A stretch of DNA of 64,000 bases from an uncultured Alphaproteobacteria bacterium (GTDB lineage: Bacteria; Pseudomonadota; Alphaproteobacteria; Rhizobiales; Rhizobiaceae): NCBI GenBank assembly GCA_963697325.1, contig CAVONR010000018.1:81833-145832 (forward strand). Reading direction: 5' to 3'. Below, one piece after another: positions 1-11,392 of this stretch. Made by a program: the position numbers and the translations under genes. Position 1 is the first letter of the stretch. Each line of letters begins with the position of its first letter. A model generated the notes under the pieces. It worked only from the letters and a program-made list of their open reading frames with translations, was not told where the DNA came from and did no database searches.

Positions 1-1272
1 GGCCTGCCGCCCTGCGGCGTCGCGGTGCTGAGGGTTTCGGGCCCCGGGAGCCGATTCGCAATCGAAACGATTGCTGGCATCGTCCCCCACGCTCGCGTTG
101 CGGCGTTGCGCGTTGCTCCGCCATCCCCTGGATGGCCGGGAGATCGATCGCGGGCTTGTGCTGTGGTTTCCCGGACCGGACAGTTTTTCGGGCGAGGACT
201 GCGCCGAGTTTCAGGTGCATGGCGGCGTGGCCGTGGTTCAGGCGATGCTGGAGGCGCTCGGCGGTCTGCCGGGCTTTCGGCTGGCCGAGCCGGGGGAGTT
301 CTCGCGCCGGGCATTCGAGAACGGCAAGATGGACCTGACGGAGCTGGAGGGCCTGTCGGACCTCGTTGCGGCGCAAACCGAGGCGCAGCGGCGCCAGGCC
401 GTGGCGCAGGCCGGAGGGCATTTGCGACGGCGGCTGGAGGGTTGGCGGGAGCGCATCATTGCCATGCGAGCTGCCGTGGAAGCGGAATTCGACTTTTCCG
501 ATGAAGAAGACGTGCCGAACGACGCGGCGGCTAATGTATGGAGCGATGCCAGGCAGCTGGCGGACGAGATCGGGCGCTTTCTGGATGATGGCCATGCCGG
601 TGAAATCGTGCGGAGCGGTTTCCAGATCGTGCTGATGGGGCCGCCAAATGCTGGAAAATCGAGCCTTCTCAATGCTTTGGCTCGAAGGGATGCGGCAATC
701 GTCTCACCTGAGGCGGGCACCACGCGCGATCTTGTCGAGGTTTCGCTCGATCTTCGCGGCTATCGTGTCGTGTTGGTCGACACAGCGGGCATCCGTGAGA
801 CGGAAGGGCTGATCGAACAGGAAGGCATGCGTCGCGCCAGGGAAAGGGCGGGTATGGCCGATCTGGTATTGTGGCTCTCTCCCTGCCGACGAGCCTTCGG
901 TTCCGCCCGCCGATATCGGCACTGCGATGCTGATGGTTTGCACGAAAGACAATTCGCGTGCGTTACGATCCGGATCGGTTTCGGTCAAGCGCGAGGACGG
1001 TCTCGACTGGCTGCTTGGCAAGATTGAGGCCATTGTGGAAAAGGCTGTTGCGGCTGGGGAATCCGGCACTGTTACCCGCGCCCGCCATCGCGCGAGCCTT
1101 TCCGCATGCGTTGGTAACCTGATGGCGGCTGCCAATGCGGCAGATGTGCCGCTCGAAATCAGGGCAGAGCTCTTGCGCGCGGCCGGCGGACGAGATCGGG
1201 CGCATCACCGGCAGGGTGGATGTGGAAGACTTGCTTGACCGGATTTTCGCCGAGTTCTGCATCGGCAAGTGA
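1..1272 (+). pseudogene. mnmE: tRNA modification GTPase MnmE (TrmE), 5'-partial, frameshifted as sequenced
   Basis: Successive frames give VLRVSGPG.., IDRGLVLWFPGPDSFSGEDCAEFQVHGG, G-domain GPPNAGKSSLLNAL/TTRD/DTAGIRE and the C-terminal FCIGK* ending at 1272. The start lies left of the window. Frame changes are needed near 100, 880-930 and 1185. Confidence 0.85.
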
Positions 1273-1285
1273 TTCACGTGAAACG
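1270..1285. promoter_or_regulatory. parS-like ParB binding site (TGATTCACGTGAAACG, 2 mismatches to TGTTTCACGTGAAACA)
   Basis: Palindromic CACGTG core with flanks matching the canonical chromosomal parS. It overlaps the mnmE stop codon and forms a 16-bp inverted repeat with the site at 1309-1324. Confidence 0.7.
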
Positions 1286-1308
1286 CCGGCGGGGTCGAGT
1301 GCCGCATG

Positions 1309-1324
1309 TGTTTCACGTGAATCA
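1309..1324. promoter_or_regulatory. parS site (TGTTTCACGTGAATCA, 1 mismatch)
   Basis: Read directly from the mnmE-mnmG spacer. parA and parB lie 2.6 kb downstream. Confidence 0.8.
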
Positions 1325-1388
1325 CCGCGCTTTGACGGTGTGATGGAATTGGAGTAGAAGCGCGCCTCCAATCTGCAGCGGATATTTC

Positions 1389-3272
1389 ATGCCAGGCACA
1401 GTCGGCAGTTTCGATGTCATCGTGATCGGCGGCGGCCATGCCGGCACCGAAGCCGCAAGCGCGGCCGCACGCATGGGTGCGCGTACGGCCCTGGTTACGC
1501 ACAGCTTCGATACGATCGGGGTGATGTCCTGCAACCCCGCGATCGGCGGTTTGGGCAAGGGACATCTGGTGCGCGAGATTGATGCGCTGGACGGGATCAT
1601 GGGCCGGGCGGCGGATCTGGGCGGAATACAATTCCGGATGCTCAACCGCCGCAAGGGTCCGGCTGTGCGCGGCCCAAGGGCGCAGGCCGATCGAAAGCTG
1701 TATCGCCTCGCCGTTCAGGAAATGATTCGGAGCCAGAACGATCTTGCTGTCGTGGAAGGTGCTGTCGAAGATTTGCTCATCGAGCAGGGCCGCGTTTGCG
1801 GCGTCGTGCTGGCCGACGGGAAATCGATCCATGCCGGAGCGGTGGTGCTCACCACGGGCACGTTTCTGCGGGGGCTCATACATATCGGTGAGCGCAAGAT
1901 TCCCGCCGGCCGCATGGGCGAGGCACCGGCCAGCGGTCTCTCGGCAACGCTGGAGCGGGCAGGGTTTGCGCTCGGCCGGCTGAAGACCGGAACGCCGGCG
2001 CGACTGGACGGGCGGACCATCGACTGGGACAGCCTTGAAAAGCAGCCGGGTGACGATGATCCTGAGCCGTTCTCGACCCTCACGAAGAGCCTGCAGAACC
2101 CGCAGATCGAGTGTGGCATCACCCGAACCACGCCCCGGACGCACAAGATCATCGAGGAAAACATTCACCGCTCCGCCATGTATTCGGGCCAGATTGCCGG
2201 TGTCGGGCCGCGATACTGTCCTTCGGTCGAGGACAAGATCGTGCGCTTCGGCGAGCGCGACGGTCACCAGATCTTCCTCGAACCGGAGGGACTGGACGAC
2301 CACACTGTCTATCCGAACGGCATCTCGACTTCGCTGCCTGAAGAAGTGCAGCGCGAATTTATCGCCACGATTCCCGGGCTTGAAAAAGCGGTGATCATCC
2401 AGCCGGGCTATGCCATCGAATATGACCATGTCGATCCGCGTGAATTGCGGCCGAGCCTGGAGACGCGCCGGCTCGAAGGGCTTTTCCTGGCCGGCCAGAT
2501 CAACGGGACTACAGGTTATGAGGAAGCGGCGGCCCAGGGGCTGGTTGCAGGTTTGAACGCAGCCCGGAAGGCCGGCAATGTCGACGCGCTGCAGTTCCCC
2601 CGCACCGCAAGCTATATCGGTGTGATGATCGATGATCTGGTGACCAGAGGCGTTTCCGAGCCTTATCGCATGTTTACCTCGCGTGCCGAGTACAGACTTT
2701 CCCTGCGGGCGGATAATGCCGACCAGCGGCTCACTCCGTTCGGTCTTGTGGCTGGATGTGTAGGCTCCGAGCGGGAAAAAGCTTTTCAGCAGAAATTGCA
2801 GGCAATCGATTCGGGGCGGGAACGATTGCTTGCTCTCGCCATCACGCCGAACGAGGCCTTGAACTGCGGCATTCGACTTAACCAGGACGGCATTCGCCGA
2901 ACCGGTTGGGACCTGCTTTCCTATCCGGACATCGAGTTCGACACCCTTGCCGGGCTATGGCCGGAGCTTCTCGCGATCGAGCCGGAGATCGGCGGCCAAC
3001 TGAAGATCGAGGCAAGTTATTCCGTGTATCTCGAGCGTCAGGCTGGTGCGATCAAGGCCGTGGAACGCGAGGAAAGCTTCTCCATTCCGGACGAATTCGA
3101 TTATCGCCGCCTCTCGGGCCTGTCGGTGGAACTTGTGCAGAAGTTGGAGCGCGTGCGCCCGGCGAGCCTTGGTCAGGCTGGCAGGATGGAAGGCATGACG
3201 CCTGCGGCGCTGACGCTGATCCTGACACATCTCAAGCGCGAGCGCGACGGCGGCGCGCGCAAAGCCAACTAG
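1389..3272 (+). CDS. mnmG: tRNA uridine 5-carboxymethylaminomethyl modification enzyme MnmG (GidA)
   Basis: Intact 627-aa ORF with N-terminal FAD fold [16 protein letters not shown], then [11 protein letters not shown] and the [16 protein letters not shown] motifs typical of GidA. Confidence 0.97.
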   Translation: MPGTVGSFDVIVIGGGHAGTEAASAAARMGARTALVTHSFDTIGVMSCNPAIGGLGKGHLVREIDALDGIMGRAADLGGIQFRMLNRRKGPAVRGPRAQADRKLYRLAVQEMIRSQNDLAVVEGAVEDLLIEQGRVCGVVLADGKSIHAGAVVLTTGTFLRGLIHIGERKIPAGRMGEAPASGLSATLERAGFALGRLKTGTPARLDGRTIDWDSLEKQPGDDDPEPFSTLTKSLQNPQIECGITRTTPRTHKIIEENIHRSAMYSGQIAGVGPRYCPSVEDKIVRFGERDGHQIFLEPEGLDDHTVYPNGISTSLPEEVQREFIATIPGLEKAVIIQPGYAIEYDHVDPRELRPSLETRRLEGLFLAGQINGTTGYEEAAAQGLVAGLNAARKAGNVDALQFPRTASYIGVMIDDLVTRGVSEPYRMFTSRAEYRLSLRADNADQRLTPFGLVAGCVGSEREKAFQQKLQAIDSGRERLLALAITPNEALNCGIRLNQDGIRRTGWDLLSYPDIEFDTLAGLWPELLAIEPEIGGQLKIEASYSVYLERQAGAIKAVEREESFSIPDEFDYRRLSGLSVELVQKLERVRPASLGQAGRMEGMTPAALTLILTHLKRERDGGARKAN

Positions 3273-3929
3273 ATGGCCTTGCCGCTCGAATCCGAGCTGG
3301 AGTTGCTGCAACAGATCTATCCGGTTTCACGTGAAACATTGGACCGGCTGGAGACCTATCGGCGCCTCCTTGAGACCTGGCAGGCCAAGACAAATCTGGT
3401 GGCGCCGAACACGCTGCCGCAATTCTGGTCGCGGCATGTGGCCGACAGCCTGCAAGTGAAGGCGCTATGCGCGGATACGCGGCGGTTCGCCGACCTTGGC
3501 AGCGGCGGCGGTTTTCCCGGAATGGTGATCGCCATTGCCAATGTCGGATTGCTTGGCGCGGAGCACCATCTGGTGGAGAGCCTTGCAAAGAAGTGCGCCT
3601 TCCTGCGCAGCGTGGCCCGGGAGACCGGCGCGTCTGTGACGATACACAACGAGCGTATCGAATCGGCTGCGGAACGGATCGCGACGCTTGCCTTGCCGCC
3701 ACAGGTTGTGACTGCCCGCGCCTTGGCGCCGCTCAGGACATTGCTTGGCCTGGCGGAGCCGCTGCTCAAGGCCGGCGCCAAGGGCTTGTTCCACAAGGGG
3801 CGCGAATATGTGCGCGAGATCGAAGAATGCAATGGTCTGTGGCGGTTCGATCTGGTAGTACACGACAGCAAGGTCGAGACCGGTTCGGTCCTTCTCGAAG
3901 TGGCAAACCTGGAACGGCTAACACCTTGA
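3273..3929 (+). CDS. rsmG: 16S rRNA (guanine527-N7)-methyltransferase RsmG (GidB)
   Basis: Intact 218-aa ORF starting directly after the mnmG stop. It has the SAM motif DLGSGGGFPG and sits in the conserved gidA-gidB-parAB order. Confidence 0.95.
   Translation: MALPLESELELLQQIYPVSRETLDRLETYRRLLETWQAKTNLVAPNTLPQFWSRHVADSLQVKALCADTRRFADLGSGGGFPGMVIAIANVGLLGAEHHLVESLAKKCAFLRSVARETGASVTIHNERIESAAERIATLALPPQVVTARALAPLRTLLGLAEPLLKAGAKGLFHKGREYVREIEECNGLWRFDLVVHDSKVETGSVLLEVANLERLTP
3323..3338. promoter_or_regulatory. parS site (GGTTTCACGTGAAACA, 1 mismatch) inside rsmG
   Basis: Contains the perfect 14-bp palindrome GTTTCACGTGAAAC, embedded in codons YPVSRETL of rsmG. Confidence 0.8.
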
Positions 3930-3977
3930 AGCCGTTGCAGTTTCGATCTTGAACGCAATCTTGCCTGGCGCGGAAAC

Positions 3978-4781
3978 ATGGCTGCAAAAACATCGACCCG
4001 GGTGATTGTCGTCGCGAACCAGAAGGGCGGCGTCGGCAAGACCACGACCACGATAAACCTTGCCACGGCGCTGGCGGCGGTGGGCAAGAACGTCCTGATC
4101 CTTGACCTCGATCCGCAGGGAAATGCCTCGACGGGACTCGGCATCGACAAGAATTCGCGCGAGCGGTCGACCTACGATCTTCTCACCGGCAATTGCACGC
4201 TCAAGGACACGTTGATCCAGACCGTCGTGCCGCGGCTGTATGTTTCCCCATCGACGCTCGACCTGCTGGGCGTGGAGATGGAGATCGCCGGGCTTCCGGA
4301 TCGTGCCTATCGCATCCGGAGGGTGATCGAGGAATATATTCCACGCGACCTGGCTTTCGATTACATACTGATGGATTGCCCGCCATCGCTGAACCTGCTG
4401 ACCCTCAATGCAATGGCCGCCGCCCATGCGCTGTTGGTGCCGTTGCAGTGCGAGTTCTTCGCGCTGGAAGGCCTGAGCCAGTTGCTGCAAACCTATGAGC
4501 AGGTCCGCGGGAGCATCAATCCGGAGCTCGAACTACAGGGCATCGTGCTTACGATGTATGACAGCCGCAACAATCTGTCGGACCAGGTGGTAGCCGATGT
4601 GCGCCAGTTTCTCGGCGACAAGGTCTATGAGACCGTGATCCCGCGCAATGTGCGGATTTCCGAGGCGCCTTCGTATGGTAAGCCGGCTATCCTTTATGAT
4701 TTGAAGTGTTCCGGCAGTCAGGCTTATCTGCGGTTGGCCTCTGAAGTCATCAAGCGCGAGCGCAAACTCGCCGCGGCGTGA
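3978..4781 (+). CDS. parA: chromosome partitioning ATPase ParA
   Basis: Intact 267-aa ORF with the deviant Walker A motif NQKGGVGKTTT. Confidence 0.95.
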   Translation: MAAKTSTRVIVVANQKGGVGKTTTTINLATALAAVGKNVLILDLDPQGNASTGLGIDKNSRERSTYDLLTGNCTLKDTLIQTVVPRLYVSPSTLDLLGVEMEIAGLPDRAYRIRRVIEEYIPRDLAFDYILMDCPPSLNLLTLNAMAAAHALLVPLQCEFFALEGLSQLLQTYEQVRGSINPELELQGIVLTMYDSRNNLSDQVVADVRQFLGDKVYETVIPRNVRISEAPSYGKPAILYDLKCSGSQAYLRLASEVIKRERKLAAA

Positions 4782-4812
4782 ACCGATTCGCAGCCGGAAC
4801 AAAATAGACGGA

Positions 4813-5730
4813 GTGAACATGGCGGAAGACAATTCGAGGAAGCGGCTTGGCCGTGGCCTGGCGGCGCTGATCGGTGACAGCGATGCCGCCGGATCGAACT
4901 TGTCCCGCCCGTCGAGTGAACAGCGTTCCGACCGGAAGGCTCCGATCGAACATCTTCGTGCAAATGTGAATAATCCGCGCCGTCATTTCGACGACGCCGA
5001 TCTCGACGACCTCGCCCGTTCGATCAAGGAGCATGGCATCGTACAGCCGATCCTCGTGCGAACGGCCAGGAATTCCGACGCCGGCGGTTCCGTCCGATAT
5101 GAAATAATAGCCGGCGAAAGACGTTGGCGTGCGGCGCAGCGCGCCGGCCTGCACGAGGTTCCCATCGTCGTGCGCGAAGTCGAGGACCGGCAAGCGCTCG
5201 AACTTGCGCTTATCGAGAACATCCAGCGCGCGGATCTCAATGCCCTGGAAGAGGCCCGCGGCTACCAGCAGCTGATCGAGGAATACAAGTACAGCCAGGC
5301 CGATCTTGGCGATGTGATCGGCAAGAGCCGGAGCCATGTGGCGAACACGCTGCGCCTGCTGAAACTGCCGAAGGAAGTACAGGAGCTCGTGAACTCGGGC
5401 GCCTTGTCCGCCGGACACGCGCGTACGCTGGTAACGGCGGATGATCCGCGCAGGCTTGCCGAGCTGATCGTCAAGGAAGGGCTATCGGTTCGCCAGGCGG
5501 AAATGCTTGCGCAGGAAACGCAGCAGGAAGGCGGCAAGCCGGCGAAGCCGGGGCGCGCCCCGGAGGTCAAGAATGCCGACGCCGCCGCGCTGGAACAGCG
5601 GCTATCCGACCTGCTTGGCCTGCAGGTGACGATCAACTGGAGCGATGCCGGGAACGGCGACATCAAGATCCGCTACCGCACGCTGGAACAGCTCGAAGGC
5701 GTGTGCCGCAGGCTCGAAAACGGTCGCTGA
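4813..5730 (+). CDS. parB: chromosome partitioning protein ParB
   Basis: Intact 305-aa ORF with the ParB box IVQPILVR..YEIIAGERRWRAA and the HTH segment SQADLGDVIGKSRSHVANTLRLL. Confidence 0.95.
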   Translation: MNMAEDNSRKRLGRGLAALIGDSDAAGSNLSRPSSEQRSDRKAPIEHLRANVNNPRRHFDDADLDDLARSIKEHGIVQPILVRTARNSDAGGSVRYEIIAGERRWRAAQRAGLHEVPIVVREVEDRQALELALIENIQRADLNALEEARGYQQLIEEYKYSQADLGDVIGKSRSHVANTLRLLKLPKEVQELVNSGALSAGHARTLVTADDPRRLAELIVKEGLSVRQAEMLAQETQQEGGKPAKPGRAPEVKNADAAALEQRLSDLLGLQVTINWSDAGNGDIKIRYRTLEQLEGVCRRLENGR

Positions 5731-5733
5731 TCG

Positions 5734-6771
5734 TCAGCTGCGCGCCGAACGCGACGCTTCGAAGGTGAGCGCCAGCAAGGCGGTACCCGCAAGCGCCGGG
5801 GCAAGGCCGGGCTTTGCCCTTGCCTCCAACGCGGCATGGTCGAGACGGGCGAGCGCGCGATTGATCGCCGGCATGTTCCACAGCCGCAAGGCTTTGACAA
5901 AATTGTCTTTTCGGGAGAAATGCAGTGGCGGCCGCAAGGCGGCTACGGCCTGATCGGCCGGAACGCGCTGCGCCTCCATCTTGTAGCGAACCAGATGCAG
6001 GGCCTGGAACTGGCGCAAGGCGGCAAGCACGATCATGTCCGGCGAAGTGCCGGTGGCGATGAGGCGCGCCAGCCGCTCCTCGAAATTCACGACGCTTCCC
6101 GTCACCACGGCATCGATGACGTCATCCATTGCCAGCGCGGCCGTGTCGCCGATAATCGCCGCGACGTCGGTTGCGGTGACGCGGCCACGGCCTTGGCAAT
6201 AAAGGCACAGTTTTTCAATCTCGTTGCGGGAGGTGCGCCGGTCCCCGCCAATGCTCGAGCGAAGCATCTGCCGCGCCTCGGTGTCGATCGACAGGCCGGC
6301 CGACTGCATTTGCGCGGTGATCAACCGGTCAAGCGCCCGGTCGTCATCGGGGTAGCACGGGATCGCCATTGCGGATTTCGAGCGCTCGGCAATCTTGCGC
6401 AGGGCCGAATCCTTCTTCAGATCCCCCGCCTCAATGATGATCCAGCAATCGACCGGCGGATAATCCATCACCGGCCTCACCGCCTCGGCAAGGTTTCGAC
6501 GCGTCGAGCCGCTGATGCGGATAAGCCGCGCGCCGCCAAACATGCCGATCGTTCCGGCTTCGTCCATCAGGCGGCCGGGCTCGGCGGCGTTGTCGGCATC
6601 CATCCTGATCAATGCGAAGGGATCGGAAAGCGCCACGCCGAACTTGGTGGCCAAAGTGTCGGCCCGCTCGGAAACAAGGCCGGCATCAGGCCCATAGAGC
6701 AGAAAAATCCGGATGCCCTTGTCGGGCCGCTCGACGAAGGCGTCGGCCTGGGCGGACTTGACTTCCGCCAT
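5734..6771 (-). CDS. holA: DNA polymerase III subunit delta
   Basis: Intact 345-aa ORF in the conserved leuS-lptE-holA order, with HolA-like N-terminal and C-terminal regions. Confidence 0.85.
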   Translation of the reverse strand: MAEVKSAQADAFVERPDKGIRIFLLYGPDAGLVSERADTLATKFGVALSDPFALIRMDADNAAEPGRLMDEAGTIGMFGGARLIRISGSTRRNLAEAVRPVMDYPPVDCWIIIEAGDLKKDSALRKIAERSKSAMAIPCYPDDDRALDRLITAQMQSAGLSIDTEARQMLRSSIGGDRRTSRNEIEKLCLYCQGRGRVTATDVAAIIGDTAALAMDDVIDAVVTGSVVNFEERLARLIATGTSPDMIVLAALRQFQALHLVRYKMEAQRVPADQAVAALRPPLHFSRKDNFVKALRLWNMPAINRALARLDHAALEARAKPGLAPALAGTALLALTFEASRSARS

Positions 6772-6778
6772 TCCCGGC

Positions 6779-7360
6779 TCAGGCCTTCAGGTCGGCTGCT
6801 ATGGCGAGACGCAATTGTTCCGCAGCCTCGCGAGCAGCGCGATTTTCGGCGTCGCGACTGGCGCGCGAGTTGGCGAAGCTCTGGCCGGTGCGGTCATACG
6901 TCGCGGTCGCTACCCGGCTCGCGCCGGCGACGCGGGTATTCGTCGTCGTGTCGATCAGGTCGTAGCTCGCAGTCACGGTTATCGAGCCGGCGGTGAAGTC
7001 GCGAATGTTCTCGACGGCAGCATATTCGTTGCGAATATCGCTGACACGCAACTGCAGGCGGTAACGCGTCGTCTGCGCGTCACGTCCACCCTGCAACAGG
7101 AAGATCAGGTGATTTCGCACCTGCTGGCCGACGCGGGTATCCACCGGCGTCACCGAGACCTGCGAGAGCGGGCTTGATGCCAGCGAGGTATCGGCCCGTC
7201 CGCTGGTCGAATACAATGGCTGCCAGGTGCATGCGCCAAGAAGGAAAGCGGTGGCAATCAGCGCTGCCGATGCCGCGAGCCGCGGGCTGCGAACATGCGA
7301 TCCCCGCGTTTGCGAAACCCCGGCTTTCGAGCCGGACGCATGGGCGCTAGATGACGACAT
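6779..7360 (-). CDS. lptE: LPS-assembly lipoprotein LptE
   Basis: Start chosen at the ATG at 7360 (MSSSS..). Lipobox AFLLGAC is present. The gene sits between leuS and holA and overlaps the leuS stop by 14 nt. Confidence 0.72.
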   Translation of the reverse strand: MSSSSAHASGSKAGVSQTRGSHVRSPRLAASAALIATAFLLGACTWQPLYSTSGRADTSLASSPLSQVSVTPVDTRVGQQVRNHLIFLLQGGRDAQTTRYRLQLRVSDIRNEYAAVENIRDFTAGSITVTASYDLIDTTTNTRVAGASRVATATYDRTGQSFANSRASRDAENRAAREAAEQLRLAIAADLKA

Positions 7361-9932
7361 TGACGATCCTTCCCGGCACGACGATGACTTTCCGCGGCGC
7401 GGCGCCATCAAGCGCCTTCTGTACCACATCGAGCGCCAGCGTTGCAGCCACAATGTCTGCCTGCGGCGCAGAGGCCGCGATGGTGAGGTCGGCGCGCTTC
7501 TTGCCGTTGACCTGGACCGGCAACGACGATTTCGGTTTCTGCGAGCAAATGTGGATCCGCGACAGGCCAGGACGTTGCCGCAACCATCGTTTCGCCCCCG
7601 AGCACCTTCCAGCATTCTTCGGCCAGATGCGGCATCATCGGCGCGATCATCTGGATGATCAGCCGGGTAACCGGCCGCAAATGGGCCGATGGCTTGCCTG
7701 CTTTTGCTTGGCGCAATGCTTCCTCGATGGCATTGGCGAGCGTGTAGATCTGCGCAACGGCGCTGTTGAAGCGCAATTCCGAGATCATCTGGTCGACCCG
7801 CGACAGGGTGCGGTGCGCGAGGCGCAGCAGATCATCCGATTCGGACCCGGAACCATCCCCGGTTTGAGCCACGCCGTTGGCTATCCTCCAGATCCGCTGC
7901 ACGAAACGGTGCGCGCCTTCGACGCCGGCCTCCGTCCAGATGACGTCCCGGTCGGGCGGCGAATCCGACAGCATGAACCAGCGCGCGGTGTCGGCTCCGT
8001 AGCTGGAGATGATGTCGTCTGGATCGACGGTATTGCGCTTGGATTTCGACATCTTCTCGATGCCGCCAATTGTCACCGGCGAACCGTCTGAAACGAGCAC
8101 CGCCTTGCGGCCGGCTTCGCTTTCCTCGACCCGCACCTCGGCCGGCGAGAGCCATTTGCCGTCCTTGCCCCGATAGGTCTCGTGGACCACCATGCCTTGC
8201 GTGAACAGGCCGCGGAACGGCTCGTCCACCCCGCCATGACCGGTGCGGCGCATCGCGCGCGCGAAGAAGCGCGAATATAGCAGGTGCAGGATCGCGTGCT
8301 CGATGCCGCCAATATACTGGTCGACCGGAAGCCAGTGGCTCACCACCTCGGGGTCGGTCGGCTGCGGCGCTTCCGGCGCCGTGAAGCGGGCGTAGTACCA
8401 GCGACGAGTTCGACGAAAGTATCCATGGTGTCGGTTTCGCGCAGTGCCGCGCCGCCGCATTTGGGGCAATGCGTCTGCCGCCATGTCGGGTGGCGGTCCA
8501 GCGGATTGCCCGGCCGGTCGAATTCGACATCCTCGGGCAGGCGGACGGGGAGGTTCTCGCGCTTCTCCGGCACCACGCCGCAGGCCTCGCAATGGATAAC
8601 GGGAATCGGGCAACCCCAGTAGCGCTGGCGCGAAATGCCCCAGTCGCGCAGCCGGAACCTGGTCACGGCCTCGCCGATGCCCATCAAGGTGCAATGGCGG
8701 ATCGCCGCCTCCACGGCCTCCTCGCCGGTCATGACGTCCTCGCCGGCGACCTTGCGCAGAAAGTGGACCGGCTCGCTCTTGGGCGGCACGTAGGCGATGT
8801 CGGCAACGCTCGACCCGCCCTCGCCCGGCTCGAACACGTCGATCACCGGCAGCTCGTACTTGCGGGCGAAGTCGAGGTCGCGCTGGTCATGCGCCGGGCA
8901 GCCGAAGATTGCGCCGGTGCCATAGTCCATCAGGATGAAGTTGGCGATGTAGACGGGCAATTCCCACGCAGGATCAAAGGGATGGGCCACCTTGATGCCG
9001 GTGTCGAAGCCCTTCTTCTCGGCGCGCTCGATCTCCTCCTGCGAAGTGCCCAGGCGGCGGCATTCGGCGCAGAAGGCGGCGACTTGCGCGTTGGCCTTCT
9101 CCAACTCCTTCGCCAGCGGATGGTCCGGCGAGATTGCCGCGAAGCTTGCTCCCCAGAGCGTATCGGGCCGGGTCGTATAGACCTCGAGCGCATCGAAACC
9201 GGCCGGCGCGCCGCGCGTGCGGAAGGAGAACTGCAGTCCGCGTGACTTGCCGATCCAGTTCTTCTGCATCAACCGGACTTTTTCGGGCCAGCGGTCGAGA
9301 TGGTCGAGGCTGTCGAGCAGGTCTTCGGAATAGTCGGAAATCTTCAGGAACCACTGCGTCAGCTCGCGTTGCTCGACCAGCGCGCCCGAGCGCCATCCAC
9401 GCCCGTCGATCACCTGCTCGTTGGCAAGCACCGTCTGGTCTTCCGGGTCCCAGTTGACCTTGGACTTGCGGCGATAGGCTATTCCCGCGTCAAGGAAATC
9501 GAGGAAGAGCCGCTGCTGCTGCTCGTAATACTCGACGTCGCAGGTGGCGAATTCGCGCGACCAGTCGATCGACAGGCCCATGGTCTTGAGCTGGCGGCGC
9601 ATGGTGGCGATGTTTTCGTAGGTCCAGGCCTTGGGATGCACCTTGTTCTGCATCGCCGCGTTTTCGGCCGGCATGCCGAAAGCGTCCCAGCCCATGGGGT
9701 GCAGCACCTCGTTGCCCTTGGCGCGCATGTAGCGGGCGATCACGTCGCCCATGGCATAGTTGCGCACATGGCCCATGTGAATGCGGCCGGAGGGATAGGG
9801 AAACATCTCCAGCACATAATATTTCGGCTTGCCCGAGGGGATGCCGCGCGGCGTTTCGAACAGCTTGCGCTCGTCCCATTGCTTTTGCCAGCGGGCCTCG
9901 GTTTCGCTTGCGTTGTAGCGGATGCTTGCCAT
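7347..9932 (-). pseudogene. leuS: leucine--tRNA ligase, frameshifted as sequenced
   Basis: Three ORF pieces (8340-9932, 7408-8694, 7347-7583) join into one LeuRS: HMGHVRNY, the editing domain, KMSKSKRN and the C-terminal [13 protein letters not shown]. Frame changes occur at about 8401-8410 and about 7515-7530. Confidence 0.92.
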
Positions 9933-10024
9933 ATGCGCTGAACTCTGCGGGATTGTTCCGAAGGAGGTAGGCCGGTGGTCAATCAGAATTTGGCGCAGGG
10001 GTCAACAGCGGAGGCACTGCGCGC

Positions 10025-10687
10025 ATGAACCACGCGGTAAACAACCTTGCACGAATCACGGCGCAAATCCGGGCGGCCGAGCAAAGGGCGGGCCGGAAGG
10101 CGGGCGCAACGGTGCTGGTCGCGGTGACGAAGACCTTCGCCGCGAACGATATCGAGCCGGTCCTGGAAGCCGGTCACCGCGTCTTCGGGGAGAACCGGGT
10201 GCAGGAGGCAGCCGGCAAATGGCCCGGCCTGCGCGAGCGTTTCCCCGGCATCGAGTTGCATCTGATCGGACCGTTGCAAAGCAACAAGGCGGCGGAAGCC
10301 GTGGCGCTGTTCGATGTGATCGAGACGGTGGATCGCGAAAAGATCGCGGCCGCCATCGCCGCACAGATCAAGGCGCAGGCCCGCCATCCCGTCCTGCTGG
10401 TGCAGGTGAATACCGGCAACGAGCCGCAGAAGGCAGGCATCGCGCCGCAGGAGACGCAAGGTTTCGTGCGTTCCTGCCGTGAGAGGCACGGGCTCGAAAT
10501 CAGCGGCCTGATGTGCATTCCGCCGGTCGAGGAGGATCCCGCGCCGCATTTCGACATGCTGGCGAGGCTTGCGCGCGAGTGCGGGCTGCCGCTGGTTTCC
10601 ATGGGCATGTCCGGCGATTTCGAGACGGCGGTCGAACATGGCGCGACGCATGTGCGCGTCGGCAGCGCCATTTTCGGGGCGCGCTAG
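10025..10687 (+). CDS. YggS-family pyridoxal phosphate homeostasis protein
   Basis: Intact 220-aa ORF with LVAVTKT (PLP lysine), HLIGPLQSNK and MGMSGDFE..A.EHGAT.VRVGSAIFG. Confidence 0.9.
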   Translation: MNHAVNNLARITAQIRAAEQRAGRKAGATVLVAVTKTFAANDIEPVLEAGHRVFGENRVQEAAGKWPGLRERFPGIELHLIGPLQSNKAAEAVALFDVIETVDREKIAAAIAAQIKAQARHPVLLVQVNTGNEPQKAGIAPQETQGFVRSCRERHGLEISGLMCIPPVEEDPAPHFDMLARLARECGLPLVSMGMSGDFETAVEHGATHVRVGSAIFGAR

Positions 10688-11257
10688 GGCAGAACCTTGA
10701 TGGTGACGCCACAAAGCAGCTGTGGCAGCAGACGCCGCATCAGCTTCGGATCGAGCGCAATGCAGCCTTGCGTCGGGCCGTGATCGGGGCGCGTCATGTG
10801 CATGAATATGGCGCTGCCCCGATTGCGTGCGCGGCGGGTCATGTTCCAGTCCAGCACCAGAACGATGTCGTAGAGGCGGTCCTGACGAAGCATGCGCTCA
10901 TGACTGGCGCGCAATCGGCAGCTCTACCGGCCTGTTATAGGCGGCATTTGCCGGTGCGTCGCACCAGCCAAGACGGGGAGAGATCAGGCGGAGGTTGCGC
11001 AATCCCGGTGCGAAACCGTGGCGGGCGGGCTTGCGATAGCCGCCAAGCACGGAAAGATGACCCGAAGGCGTCGCTCCGTCGCCCTCGCGCTTCAACACGG
11101 AAATGCCTGCCGAGCCAAGAATGCAGGGGTGGACGGCATCGGCAATCCGCAGCAATCCGCGATGCGTATAAGGTCCCGGTGCGCGCGTCACGACCCATTT
11201 AGAAGCGGGGTCTTGCCGGTGTCTTGACTGGTTCCTTTGGAAGGGTGCGCGGATCAA
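10684..11257 (-). pseudogene. L,D-transpeptidase (YkuD) family protein, one frameshift
   Basis: Two pieces (10898-11257 and 10684-10914). The C-terminal piece carries the catalytic HGPTQGCIAL motif. Confidence 0.7.
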
Positions 11258-11392
11258 AGGCTAAATTTCATCACAAAGGGTTGATCAAACTGGTGTAAAA
11301 CGTGGCTGCAAGCATGCCCAACTCTGCCTTTAGAAAGCTTTCGCGCAGTCGCCATGATTGCACAATCAGGGGCCCGTATCACGGGGGACTTC

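Noticed and set aside
963-2429. 488-aa ORF antisense to mnmE and mnmG
   Set aside because: It lies opposite a gene with unmistakable GidA motifs. It has an Arg/Ala/Gly-rich composition typical of shadow frames in GC-rich DNA and no recognisable domain.
1-5730. Chromosomal replication origin next to gidA-gidB-parAB
   Set aside because: I found parS sites but no cluster of DnaA boxes (TTATCCACA-like) or AT-rich unwinding element in the spacers. In alphaproteobacteria the origin is usually elsewhere, near hemE.
8395-8415. Idea that the indels sit at CcrM GANTC methylation sites (systematic nanopore-type error)
   Set aside because: Restoring leuS creates GACTC at one insertion. The other junctions I could inspect (mnmE near 1185, asd 42415, leuD 35127) have no GANTC, so the pattern is unsupported by what I can see.
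11258-11392. TTGATCAAAC upstream of the response regulator as an FNR/FixK box
   Set aside because: It does not fit TTGAT-N4-ATCAA. Only one half-site is present.
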